Source of the DNA: Podarcis liolepis
Taxonomy: Eukaryota
Strand: one strand, 5' to 3'
Length of the DNA: 64,000 bases
NCBI GenBank assembly: GCA_965112155.1
Contig: OZ218112.1
The number at the start of each line of letters is the position of its first letter. The first letter of the stretch is position 1. The position numbers and the translations under genes were made by a program. Shown piece by piece: positions 14,483 through 27,250 of the stretch. Below the pieces are notes generated by a model. The model searched no databases. It had not been told where the DNA came from and saw only the letters and a program-made list of their open reading frames with translations.

Positions 14483-15320
14483 AATAAATAAATAAAATAA
14501 AATATTCCACCTAAAATGAAAAAGAAAAGACAAACCCGGTAAGAACATACCGGATCCAATTCATAGTCCATTCCATCCAATCTACCTTCTCCAACAATGG
14601 GAAAACAAAGGAGGATGTAGAAGACCACGCAATAACTTTTAGAAAAGTAGGTCACGGCAAAAAAAGCACATACAACACAATCAACTGATGTGAGATTGGA
14701 TAACACTCCAGAGCATTTTATATGCCGAGCTCCGATAGTCACACACCCAACCTTCTTCGTTCCTTCCAGTGTGGAAAAACCTTGCTCATAACCAAGTAGT
14801 AAGGAGAGGATTTTCCTCCTATTGCAGGGGAGGACGGCAGTTTAAAAATAGCATTAATGCAACTGGAGGTACATATCTATCATTGACCGGAGCTTTGTAC
14901 TGGAAATTCCCAGGAGCATCCAGTGTCGGATCGGAGAGTTTCTGTACAGAGACCTTGACATAAAAAATGATCCAGGACCATGAGGCTTCTAGAGCAAATT
15001 CACAATTCTGTTTCCTTCCTCCCAAACTCTCTTTCGGGAGTGCACGCAGGGTAAGATGGAAATAAAATAGAAAATCCTTCCAAACCTATTTCCTGGCCTC
15101 GACGCAGCCATAAGCCTGGCAGTACATTTACTATTCAAAACATCTTCAGGGGTGCACTAAACAGCAAAGAAGAGCACTGAACAGCAACCCTGGTCTTCAA
15201 TTCAGTGTGGAAGTCTGCTTGTCGAGCCCATGAACAAAGCTTTGCCAGCAGCTGAATAAATGCCAAATTATATGTTGCATGTAGATGTGCGTGGTTGGGG
15301 TGTGCACAGCCTCTGAATTA

Positions 15321-15546
15321 CAGTGGTACCTCTGGTTACGTACTTAATTCGTTCCGGAGGTCCGTTCCTAACCTGAAACAGTTCTTAACCTGAAGCACCA
15401 CTTTAGCTAATGGGGCCTCCTGCTGCCGCCGCGCCGCCGGAGCACGATTTCTGTTCTCATCCTGAAGCAAAGTTCTTAACTCGAGGTACTATTTCTGGGT
15501 TAGCGGAGTATGTAGCCTGAAGCATATGTAACACGAGGTACCACTA
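15321..15546. mobile_element. Tc1/mariner MITE (~230-bp family)
   Basis: TIR cagtggtacctc..ttac / gtaac..gaggtaccact, TA TSD. Homologous to 22423-22680 and 23153-23370. Confidence 0.88.
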
Positions 15547-15645
15547 TACATGGTTAATCAGGGCAATACTTTCCATTCCATCACGGTATTCCTTAGGGAT
15601 ACATGACCTTTTTTCATCATTCATGGTCAAAGAAGAGATCTCTCT

Positions 15646-15648
<3 letters not shown>

Positions 15649-15693
<45 letters not shown>
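15649..15693. repeat. (GA)n microsatellite
   Basis: Seen directly. Confidence 0.95.
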
Positions 15694-15695
<2 letters not shown>

Positions 15696-15916
15696 AGGCT
15701 GTGATTCCTAAAAATCCAGGGATGGGGGGGTGTTCTGGAGAAGCCTGCCCCCAAACATCTACCCTTTGGGTAACAGTCTCTTTGCTGGAGGGAGTGATAC
15801 TTTGCTGCCCATCTTTCCTGAGGACCCATGCTCTCTTACCACCCCGTGGACCTGTGATTGCTGCCCACAACAAAACTGGGGGGAAGCCTGTCCTTGCAGC
15901 AGAACCACAGAAGATA

Positions 15917-16084
15917 CTGTATTTTTCCATCTATAAGACGCCCCCATGTATAAGATGCCCACCTTTTTTTTGGGACCCTGATTTAAGAAAATGTAGGAGA
16001 TGTATCTGCGTATAAGGCCCCCCCCCCATTTTTTGACATTGTTTTTTAGGAAAAACACCTAGTCTTATACATGGAAAAATATGG
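15917..16084. mobile_element. Tc1/mariner (Tc2/pogo-like) MITE
   Basis: Imperfect TIRs ctgtatttttccatctataagac / gtcttatacatggaaaaatatgg, flanked by TA. Confidence 0.7.
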
Positions 16085-17032
16085 TAGCTCCAAAATCTGG
16101 CAGGCTTCGTCCTCTCACAAGGGGAGAACTGCATCCAGTTCTGGCAGAAAGCGGAAAGGTTACACGTTTTCCCTTTGCTTTGTTTTAAAAATCAAACTTT
16201 AAAAATGTCCTGTGCACACACACATAGAGAAAGACACACACAGCCCTGGATGTATCAAGCTTAATCCATTCTGAGTTCTATGTATTTCAACAACTTCTGT
16301 GGGGAAAAGAGAAGAAGTTGTTATAGCAGGCTTTTTTTTAAAGATTCTCCATTATACTGAATATGGTGGAAGAATGAGCACAATTTTTAACAGATCTAGT
16401 TTGGCCCTGAATGACAAGTCAAATCAGAAGGACACAGAGTGACTCTGAAACACATGGGGATGATCCCCAAAGCTATGATATGCAAGTCAAATCTTGACGG
16501 CACTATGTACTCCGAAGGCCAGTATATGTGGATTATTATTTTTTAAAGTTCAGCCTTTATTTGGAGTCCAAAGCTTTTATTTGGAGTGGAGGGCTGACCA
16601 AGGACTGACCCTTTCCACAAAGTACGGTAATCCAACTCCAGGTGTTTACAAGAGTGAAAAGAATTTGGGAGCCCAGAGGGCAGGGAGAGACCCGCTTAAG
16701 GGGATAAAGCCCCTCATGACCCCCAGCCCTTGCCCCAAGAGAGCAGCATCGAATGAAAGAGGATTGAGCCACAATTACAGATTTGTTAACAATTCTACCA
16801 AATATTGAATGGCTTGTATGGCTCAAATACACGCCTATACCTGAAGTATACCTTAATTATTATTATTATTATTATTACTATCTTCAGACAAATATGGGCT
16901 GTCTGAACAGGCTATATAGTATTTATAACTGGGACGTGTCACTGTGTCTGGCTTAGACACAGCATACTAACTCGAGTCACTCCACAACGTCGCAGGGTGT
17001 GGCCTCTTTGGGCACATCCATGATTGTACCAC

Positions 17033-17798
17033 TGAATCATAGAGCTGTAGACCCCCTGCAATGCAGGAGTCTCAACTAAATCAAAGATGGCGGGTGGCCA
17101 TCCAACCTCCGTTTAAGGCTGATGCAAGTTGCAGTTCAAAACATCTGGAGGGCACCAGCTTGGCAGAGGCTGCTTTCATGGTTCTCTCCCTCATAACCAG
17201 ACTTACTCTGGACAAAGTCATTCCAGTTCAAATCTTGTCTATGGCCTAAACTCATCTGAAATGAGCAAGAGGCCAGTGTTACCAACCTCGTTTGCCAGGT
17301 TATTTTACACATTACAAGAAATAGCATACGTCAAGTTCACTGAAACACACTGCAGTGCCCCGGAGTACAATTCCAGTACTTCAAGTCAAAAGCAGCTAAT
17401 TGGATATTTTTTGAGAAATCTCATAATTCACCCAGACAACCAGTTGTTCTGAAGAAAGAGGATTTGGAAGGATCAAAGTGGTGGTCATTCTGTTGAGCCA
17501 ACTGTTCCCTGTGCAAATAGTTAAATAGCTTTCCCAACAGGTTTCACAATACATTTAGGTACATTTCAAGGCAAATGACATTTCCCAGAAAAAACACCAC
17601 ACCTGTTTCGTTGTTCATACTTTATAGGCAACGCACCTTAAAGCAGAACTGCCCATATCTGCTAGCTTAAAATCCTGAAGTTGTGAGAGATAAAGAATTT
17701 GCCAGGTTCAAGGAGATACTATTAGTATATAAACCCCTTAAAAACTTGGGACCAGTTTACCTACGAGATCGCCCTACCCCACACGTGCCCACTTGACC
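17033..17798 (+). repeat. Intronic direct duplication, copy A
   Basis: Near-identical to 34470-35264. The 107-aa ORF-track translations 17129..17452 and 34598..34921 differ at only a few residues. Confidence 0.95.
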
Positions 17799-18886
17799 AC
17801 TTCGGTCAATGCAGAGGGCACGATTCAACCAGCATTAAGCATTTTTAAGGGTCCCTCCTGACGTCACTTTTTATTGCTAGTTCATGATTATTTATGGTAA
17901 TGATGATATTGGGGCAGTTATAAGTGATCCTTTCAATACCGTTTGCACCTGCAAAATTTTCCAGGTTTGTTTCCTATCAATGTATGCTCCATAGCTGAAA
18001 TTCTGCAACTTTTCATGCTGTACGTGTTCCAGGAGTTTTCCTTGCTACTGTTTACTGTTTTTCTGTTATAGTGCAAGTGTGCTCCTCCAGACAATTGAGG
18101 TAACATTGGAATATTACAGAACTAATAAAGCAGAGTGGTGTGTGGACTTGCCCAGTATAAATTCATCACTAAGGCATTTATATTGCCTGAGTTATTCACA
18201 CAAAAGTTTGTTCCATTTCCCCAACATTTCCCTAGCTGTTCATTTCTGCATTGTATCTGGGCTTTCACATGACACAAAAGCCACCAGGAAAACTAATGGA
18301 ATATAGCACTAATTTGATTCCAGAAATAATCCATTTGCAGCCCTTTTAACGTGGAAAATCCCAGGAGAAAACTGAAAAAATTGGGGTGGGATGCTGGCAT
18401 ACAGTTCCCTCCTGTTTTCATGAGGAAATCATAGGGGGAAAAGAGCACACATGTGCGGAAAGGGCATTGCTGTGCCACAATACTGGTGAAAATGAAATTT
18501 AGCACAGCATGCCAGTGTATTTGTCAAAAAGCCAAAATTCCACAGCACACCAGGTACTTAAGTACAAAAGCAACATTGTTAGAAAACAGGACAACTGGGG
18601 AAACTAGTGCAACATTTGCCACATCTGAACGCACCCAAAATCCTCTAGAATACACTAGCACAAAAATGCCTCCCACTGATCTTTGTGGAAGAGTTGAAGT
18701 TTGTGTTGAAGCAACTCCTCTTTAAAGCAACCATGAAGATGACACACACTCTCAGAAAAGTAATGCCTATTATAGTCAAGTAAAGATACCCTTCGGCTGA
18801 TACCCTGATTAGTGACCATGCTGGCTTGACCATGCATCAGTCTGAAAGATGTGGAGGGTGCCAGGTCAAAAAGGCTGTAGTAGACA

Positions 18887-19174
18887 CAGGGCCGTCTTAC
18901 CCATAGGTGCTAGGGCTGCAGGACACCCGAGTGCCTGGCTCTCAGAGGCGCCAGGCTGAGAGAGTTTGGGGCCCGAAAGTTGAGCCCGGGGAAGAGCCCG
19001 CCCGTCAGTTGGAGCACCATGGCAGGCTCTCTGCACCACCAGTTCGGGGGGCGAGCGAGATGCTAAGGCGGCCGGCCAACTCTGCCCTCCAGCGCGCCTG
19101 GGACTGGGCAACCGGGGGGGGCGCACCGGGTGGATCTTCGCACCCCAGCGCCGCATATGCTTAAGACAGCCTTG
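18887..19174. mobile_element. hAT-type non-autonomous element, GC-rich
   Basis: TIR cagggccgtctta / taagacagccttg, perfect 8-bp TSD agtagaca. Confidence 0.82.
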
Positions 19175-22100
19175 AGTAGACAGTATTTTGCATGCATACC
19201 TGCCCCCTATGAGCAAGTAACACAACCTCGCATTCGGCAGCTTTCTACATCCCCTAAATTCTAGTGCAAAAACATCTTTCTAAGCCCAGTTCCAACCAAC
19301 AAGAAAGGCTTCACTGATTGCAACAGTTTGCAATAATGAGAGCAGGAACTGTAATCTTGACCTTCATTCTACACCCACACAAGAAAAAGCATCAGAGGAA
19401 CAAGTAAAACGAACAGGAAGCTGAATATTTAAAGATCTGTAAAACACACAGGTCACTCACGCAAAGGCTTCCCTCCTCTGAGTTAAAAGGGTCCGATTTT
19501 CATAGAAACAGGCACTCCGCCAAAAAGCTCTCAAGAAGGAAAACAAAAGACTCCAGAGCAGGTGTCTCTGTTTTGTTTTGTTTTTTAAACTAATCAAAGG
19601 GAGGAAGATGATATTTACAACAGTGAGCTCTTACCTTGAAAACAACTGATCTGGCTTTTTGACCTGATGTTTTTTAAGTCACGTGAAAGAATTTGACAAG
19701 AAACTTGCATCACCTAAAAACTCAAGGAGCTAGTATGTGTAGACCCATGGAAAGCTGTAGTTTCCCCCAACCACTAGGCCATGTTACCTGGGCTAGCTTC
19801 CATTTATTATTATTTTAACCACCTGAAACTCATCTCCAGCTTTGCTAAAAGAAAAAACCTCTGCTATGTTTCTACTTACTTGTGTTCTTTACCTCGCAAG
19901 GAATATGCCTAAATGCCATCAGCCTGGAGACAGACCTAGGTATCTGCTTGATTTTATATTTTCAGAAATTGGGGGGGGGGGGTCCAGCCACTCCTTCCTT
20001 ACTTGCCCCACCAGTCCTGGGTGCAAACCAAGACTGGGATGGTAACCCAGGAGAGCCTAATCTTGTGTCCCAAAACTTCCATGGTCCAGAAGCACATTCA
20101 ATAAAGTAAGAAACTTCTGTGGGCACCAAAAAGAAAGAAAAAAGAAAAACCACCACACATCTCACAAAAGAAAACCTGAGAATATTCGGGTTTATTACAA
20201 CTCATGCCACCCCCAAAACCACGGCAAAACACTTACATATGTCCTTAAACAAATAAATCACATACCAAAAAGAAAAGGGAAAGGCAGACATCCCAGACAT
20301 CCTACCAACCCAAACAGCTCAATATTTAAAATTTTAAAAACTGGGACAGAAAGGGGTGTTAGGATTATAACCTTAGTCTTGCTATCTGCAAACAGACAGG
20401 TGATAATATAAACCTGCCCTAAAGGGTCATTGGAAACCTCACAACTAGAAAATCCACAGATAGCAATTTGAAGACTTGAAAACACAAGTATTATTATTTA
20501 CAGTCTGTAACTCACCTTATGCCTTTGGCCTAGAGAGGTGGGATCTAAATAACAACTCCCCCCCCCCCCACATACCAAAACACACATAGAGGGAGAGACA
20601 AAAAACAGGACTTGCATAGGTCACATTTGTAGGGAGCAGGCAGATTATCCCCCCTCCCCATGGCTTTCAGATGCCAGCTTCAAGGTCAACACGACTTACC
20701 GGTACATGAATATGCTTTGACCAGTTGGGCTGCGCATGAGAGGCTGCTGTTTTCTGCTCCATGTAGAGGATCTTGAATTTGGGGGACAGGGGTGAGCCGA
20801 GGAGAGGATCCTCTCCCTGGGATAAAGGGTCCTCAAAATCCCATTTGGCATCGAGAAGTGTTGCCGCAGCAACCGCCCAGTCTGGGGACCAACTGCCATG
20901 GAATTCAAGGACGGGTGCTTAGGGCAAGGAAAGAGGGAGGTTGTGCCCCAGTATCTAGTGACCGGGATGGGGTTAGGGAGAGATGGTGCCAATGGACCAG
21001 CAGGCAAAAACCCTACCCTGCTCTTCCACATGGAGAAAATATTTTCTGCTGTTAAGAAAAAGCAGAGCAATCGGCAGGGAATTTCACCAAGCCACCTCAA
21101 CCCCAAAGCAGGCTAGAGATAAACATTAGAATCACCTGCTGCCATATTTATGCATCAAACTTGTATATTTTTTTAGGGGTGGATGGGAGAAATGGCAGGA
21201 GTTGTTTGAGAAGTTGGCAGCACAGCTTTTGAACTCGGTCATTACCCTCCACCAGGCCATGCAGAAGAAGGGGGTGTATTCTGAAGAAAACCCACAAAAT
21301 TGAATTACATTTTTATCTTGCTCACCTCATTTTGTCCTCACAACAGCTGCAAGTGGTAGATTAGGTTGAGATATTGCGACTGGCCACTGAGTGAGCTCTG
21401 CAGTGGAGGCAGAATTTGAACCCAGGTTTCTCAGGAACTACTCTAACCCTCCCGGCAACTACACAACACAGAGACAATTGTGTGCAAGCAACAGGTGGGG
21501 AGCTTGCTATTCACCTAGACACATGCAATCTGGGCCCCAGCATTTTTAAATCTGTGCTTTCAATTCAGGGCACCCAGTGTGTTTTGGTTTTGTTACATCT
21601 ACATTACTTTTGTTTTCATATCTCACTTCTTTGTATTTAAATTGCTTTCATCCCCAATGTATTCTAAAATGCCCAGAGGAAGCTATTCATTCATTAGCTA
21701 TATTTCTGTTACTGCCCTTCATCCAATATCCTACTGTATTCACGGGGAGCATTCGCAAGACACATGTACACACTGCAGCCAACACACTAACGTGTTGCAA
21801 CACACAGGACTCAGCTAAACAGCTGCAAATATAATGTTTAAATTGTGTTTTAAGTGCATTATACAAATGTGACACAAGATGGCGAGGGTGAGCTTATGGC
21901 AAATTCAATATATATTTTTAAAACTTTTTTTTTTAAAAAAAGTATTTTCACAGCATTTTTTATGTGTGTCCAGATCCCACCAGTTTGGAAAGCTCTGTGT
22001 TAAAACAACAATAAACAACATGGGAAAGCACTCAAGTGAAATGGATACATAAATACAACAAAAAGGTTTGTGGAGGAAGTCTGATTGAGAAGTCTCCCCC

Positions 22101-22422
22101 CCTTTCATCCTTGATGTGCTAAGCAAAGTTATCGAAGGGTAAAGTCAACACCTTCTCTCTCAAGGAGCAAAAGTAGTTCAGTAGCAGAGAACATGTTTTG
22201 AAAGAGGAAGATTGCAGGGAATCTCCAGTCAAAGGATCTCACGTACCAGGCAATAGGAAAAACCCTTCTATGAACACAAAGAGCTGTGGCCTGTCAGGCA
22301 ATGTTTCTGAAGCTTGAGTCCCCAGCTGTTGCTGGACTACAACTCCCACCATCCCTGACCACTGGCCCTGCTAGCTAGGGATGATGGGAGTTGTAGTCCC
22401 ACAGCAGCTGAGGACCCAAGTA

Positions 22423-22680
22423 CAGTGGTACCTCAGGTTAAGTACTTAATTTGTTCTGAAGGTCTGATCTTAACCTGAAACTGTGCTTAACCTGAAGCAC
22501 CACTTTAGCTAATGGGGCCTCCTGCTGCTGCCGCGCTGCCGGAGCACAATTTCTGTTCTCATCCTGAAGCAAAGTTCTTAAACCAAGGTAATATTTCTGG
22601 GTTAGCAGAGTCTGTAACCTGAAGCGTCTGTAACCTGAAGCATCTGTAACCTGAAGCGTATGTAAGCCGAGGTACCACTG
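22423..22680. mobile_element. Tc1/mariner MITE (~230-bp family)
   Basis: TIRs and TA TSD, with three tandem tgtaacctgaagc units. Abuts an older hairpin hAT-type MITE at about 22305-22420. Confidence 0.88.
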
Positions 22681-23152
22681 TATGAGTAACAATGGTAGAC
22701 AATACGAAGATAGACAGACAGATAGTCTGACCTGGTATAAGCCAGCTTCCTATGCACTCTGCATAAGCCTGGAGAGGTGCCCACAACTTCACTTTGAATT
22801 CAGTGCCAAGCTTAAAGCAGGTTCTAGAGTGTGTTAGCAAGGCTAATGCTGTTTTTTCAAATAAATGAAGCAGTTTTCAAATAAATGTATACAATTTCAC
22901 TGGCTTGGCATATACCTTGAATAACTGACTTTCTGTTCCAGCGAACTGAGACATGCAATGACTCATTCGTAATGCTGGGATTCCTTCCTGAAAAGTTCAA
23001 TCAGTGCAACATTGCCCCTATTATTATGTATTCAGGCTGCATTTATTGAATTTTAGCCTGCTACCCAACTGTTAAAGGCCCAAGAGTCATACCAGGTAAA
23101 AGAGTGGTGTCTGCAGCCAAGGCCTTGCCAGATCTGATAAGACACTGCAATA

Positions 23153-23370
23153 CAGTGGTACCTTGGGTTAAGAACTTAATTCGTTCTGGAGGTCCGTTCT
23201 TAACCTGAAACTGTGCTTAACCTGAGGTACCACTGTATTGCAGTGTCTTATCAGATCTGGCAAGGCCTTGGAGCACGATTTCTGTTCTCATCCTGAAGCA
23301 AAGTCCAAGGTACTATTTCTGGGTTAGCGGAGTTTGTAACCTGAAGCGTATGTAACCCGAGGTACCACTG
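23153..23370. mobile_element. Tc1/mariner MITE (~230-bp family), internally rearranged
   Basis: TIRs and TA TSD. The interior is partly replaced by an inverted copy of the left flank (see findings). Confidence 0.88.
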
Positions 23371-23499
23371 TACTGGTCACAGAAATCTGTAACCTTTTTT
23401 TTAGCACAGCAATTTTAAAGGTACTAGTCTGGCTCTAAAATGGAAATGGAAAATGAGCAAAATCCCATAGCTTAACATGATTGATTTCAAAACAAAATA

Positions 23500-24130
23500 C
23501 AGTGGTGCCTCGCAAGACGAAATTAATTCGTTCCGCAAGTTTTTTCTTCTTGCGAGTTTTTCGTCTTGCGAAGCACGGTTTCCCATAGGAATGCATTGAA
23601 AATCAATTAATGCGTTCCTAGGGAAACCGCCTTCAGACCAGGTCCGGGGACAGTCTGTCCCCCGACCTCTTCTGAAGGCTGGGGGGGGGGGAACAAGGGC
23701 TTCTGAAGGCTGGGGGGGCTGGGGGGGGGACAAGGGCTTCGCTCCCGACCCCCAGCATTTTAAAATCTCCCCCGGGACAGCAGAGACTTCTCTGCTGTCC
23801 CGGGGAGATTTTAAAATGCTGGGGGTCGGCAGCGAACGCTTCGCTCCCGCCCGCCAGCATTTTAAGATCGCCCGGGGCAGGCGGGGGGGAAGGCAGGCGG
23901 GGGGGAGCAAAGACTTTTGCCACCCGCCAGCCTTCAGAAGAGGTCCTCTTCTGAAGGCCGGCTGTGGGCGAAAGTCTTTGCTCCCGACCGCCAGCATTTC
24001 CCTATGGGCTTTCGTCTTGCGATGCAAGCCCATAGGGAAATTCGTCTTGCGAAGCGCCTCCAAAACAGAAAACCCTTTTGTCTTGCGGGTTTTCCGTCTT
24101 GCGAGGCATTCGTCTTGCGGGGTACCACTG
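23500..24130. mobile_element. Tc1/mariner (Tigger/pogo-like) MITE with GC-rich palindromic interior
   Basis: Same TIRs as 50904-52092, TA TSD, repeated tcgtcttgcg subterminal motifs, internal hairpin at about 23745-23830. Confidence 0.88.
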
Positions 24131-24489
24131 TAGAAGAAAGCAACAAATGCTACAACCCAGAGCCATTCAATTAAGCATTGGAAGATTCAGGGCAGATGAC
24201 AGTAAGGACATCCACACGAGAGCGCAGTTAAACTATGGAATTTGTTATTACAAGATGTACTGGTGGCCCCTAGACTAGATGATTTTAATAGACAGTTAGC
24301 AACAAACTCATAACCACAACGGCTATGTTATAACAACACTGTCAGAGGCAGTGAGCCTCTGGATCTCAACTTTTTGGAATCATAACTTGGGAGAGCGCTG
24401 TAACACCTGGTTGCCCACTTTGGGAACCCAAGCTAGACAAGATGGCCCTTTGGCCTGATCCAGTATTGCTCATACACTCTTAAAACATA

Positions 24490-24843
24490 GGTAAAGGTAA
24501 AGGGACCCCTGACCATTAGATCCAGTCGTGACCGACTCTGGGATTGCGGTGCTCATCTCGCTTTATTGGCCGAGGCAGCCGGCGTACAGCTTCCGGGTCA
24601 TGTGGCCAGCATGACTAAGCCGCTTCTGGTGAACCAGAGCAGCACATGGAAATGCCATTTACCTTCCCGCTGGAGCGGTACCTATTTATCTACTTGTACT
24701 TTGACATGCTTTCAAACTGCTAGGTTGGCAGGAGCAGGGACCGAGCAATGGGAGCTCACCCCATCACGGGGATTCAAACCACCGACCTTCTGATCGGCAA
24801 GTCCTAGGCTCTGTGGTTTAACCCACAGCTCCACCCGTGTCCC
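24490..24843 (-). mobile_element. Sauria (Squam1) SINE, full length
   Basis: tRNA-derived head at the right end, (ACCTTT)n tail at the left end, TSD taaaacata at 24481-24489 and 24844-24852. Confidence 0.92.
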
Positions 24844-26369
24844 TAAAACATACTATGCTGTATTTTAAACACTAAACACATAGCAGTAAATCTTCCCAGC
24901 TTTGAAAGCCAATTTTACAGTGTTTGAATTGCCACTTTTTAATGCTTTCTTTTTTAAAAAAGAATGTGTGTGTGTGTGTGCGCGCGCACACACACACACA
25001 CAAAATCTCTCCATGCATACACATAGTCCTAAGAAGAAACGACATTTAATACAATTACCTAAGCAGTCAACTCCTAACCATGCCTAATTAAACTCAACGA
25101 GGCTAACACCCAGGTAAGTGATGTCAGGATTGTGGCCTTATTCAGGATCAGCTCTGATACATCGGTCAGTCAAATATCACTGCAAACCAGTCAACACACT
25201 AATCCAACGTGTTTTAGTAAATCCCGTTACCTAAGTGAAACTCTGGCTTCTGCTAACTGGCATTCAATTTTTACCTTCCCCCTTGCTTCCATTCGCCTTT
25301 CCAGAAACGTCTGCATTTTAAAAACAACATATTGTTCTCTGCTGCATACTTTCCAGAGCAAACGCTGTAATTCTGAAACACCAGTTAATTTGCAAATGCA
25401 ATGGCTAAGCAGAAAAGCCAGTGAATACATTTGGGCTTACCGCCATAGACCACACCTTCAACCAAGTTTCTGGGGTGAAGCAGAATTCCATTTCAAGACA
25501 ACGAAATGAACCAACAATCTTCTATGCAGAGGTGGTACTCCATAAAATAAATACTTTAAGGAACTAAAATGCCGTGTGGTTTGTTGTTTTTAAAAAAGCA
25601 GGCAGTAAGCAGGAAAAAACAGGCACAAAGTTGAGCAAAGATCAAATTACATTGGGCTGGAAATGCATTCTGTTTAAAAAAGCACCTTCCAAAAGGGAGG
25701 GAGGGGCTTGTGACCTCAACAGTTTGACTTCTGTAGCAAGCCTAGTTGACCTTAAGGCTGCAACCTTCTGTACAATCAACCAATCACAAAGGAGAAAGCC
25801 CGGCAGGTCTCAGTGGGACAAACTCACAAGTAAACATGCAAAGGATCGGGATGCCTGAGCTGTAATCCTTACAACACTCCCTGCAAAAGTCTGCTGCAGG
25901 AAAAAAATAAACCGAGAGACATGCAGTACCTTGCAAGGGGCAGTCTTGCCATCTTGTACACAAACCCCTATCAGAACTATGCAAGATGCAAATACAGTAG
26001 TTATATGATCTCACCATGCCAAGGCCCCCCCTTTTAACCCCTGTGTGGCTGTCACAAGTACCTGCAGAAGGCTGTGAAACTGCAGGCAAGTTATTTTAGC
26101 ATTCTTCAGACTCTTATTATTAACAGAAACCTGTTCCACAGGTTTTGTTCTGATGGGCTTTTCTGGGTGGATGAAAGGCTCTCTGCCATGGGCATCTAAT
26201 TTGTACTGTTTTTTATTATTATTTTTAAAAATGCTGTTTGTTTTTTTGCTATTTGTATTATACACCGCCTTGAGACACTTGCATACAAGGTGTTTCATTA
26301 ATACATAATAATTATATGGTATAATTATATTCATTTTTAAAAGCCAGTTGTAAAAATGCTGTAATCATA

Positions 26370-27250
26370 ATAATAATTTATTAAATTTCTATATAAAAAC
26401 AGTGTAAAACCACAAAAACTCACAACATAGCAACAAACGAAAATAATGCCCCCACAGAAGGCCATAGATTGTTTAATTAGTCAGAAGCCTGGGAGAAGAG
26501 GAATTTTTTTGCATGGCACCTAAAGATTGGTAACCAAGGTGCCAGGTGAGGCTCCCTGGGGAGAGCATCCCGCGAGGAGCCACCCAAGAAAAGGCCTGGT
26601 CTCGTGTTGCCATCCTCCTGACCTCTCATGAAGGGGCATGTGAAGAAGGGCCCCGTATGGTCAGTTCATATGGGGAAAGGCAACCCTTGAGGTATTGCGG
26701 TCCTGAGCCATTTAAGGCTTTATAAGTCAAAACTAGCGCTGTGAATTAGGCCCGGAAACTAATTGCCACCCAGTGCAGTTAGACCAAGACCAGTGTAATA
26801 TGATCAAATAGCCTTGTCCCAGTGAGGAACTTGGCAGCCTAATTCTGCACCAGCTGGTGTCTTCGAACCATCTTCAGAGGCAGCCCCACATATAACACAT
26901 TGCAGTTATTCAACCTGGAGGTTACTGGAGCACAAACAACCAAAGTTAGGCTTTCCCTGACCAGACAGGGACATGGCTGATCCACCAGCCGAAGCTGATG
27001 GAAGGCAGTCTGAGGCCCCCTGAATTTCAAGTGATGGATCCAGGAGTACTCCCAGGCTGCATAACCGCTCCTTCAGAGCAAGTATAACCCCATCAAGAGT
27101 AGGCGAACTCCCGCCCATCCAGTCTAGGGAACCACCCATTCACAATGCCTCAATCTTATCTGGATTGCGCTTCAGTTTGTTGGTTCTCCCTCAGTCTATT
27201 GCTGAGGCAAGACAAGGGTCCAGCACTTCCACTGCCTCACCTGCAGGTAT
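26370..27250 (-). mobile_element. L2 LINE fragment
   Basis: Minus-strand peptides SLGVLLDPSL and SRLNNCNVLYVGLPLKMVRRHQLVQN. Confidence 0.8.

Noticed and set aside
14480-15120. Possible very old minus-strand L1 3' fragment
   Set aside because: Only faint peptide similarity (WMLLGI) across many stops and frameshifts. Too weak to call.
17129-17452. 107-aa ORF repeated at 34598..34921
   Set aside because: Its similarity is explained by the DNA duplication. It starts inside a MITE remnant at a non-ATG codon and shows no protein family features.
21830-21980. Similarity to 61515-61650
   Set aside because: Short, diverged and about 40 kb apart. Best explained as two copies of an old dispersed repeat.
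22605-22665. Tandem tgtaacctgaagc units resembling a CRISPR-like array
   Set aside because: These are subterminal repeats of a Tc1/mariner MITE with no unique spacers, in a vertebrate genome.
23401-24063. 220-aa minus-strand ORF
   Set aside because: Lies almost entirely in a GC-rich MITE and has no transposase motifs.
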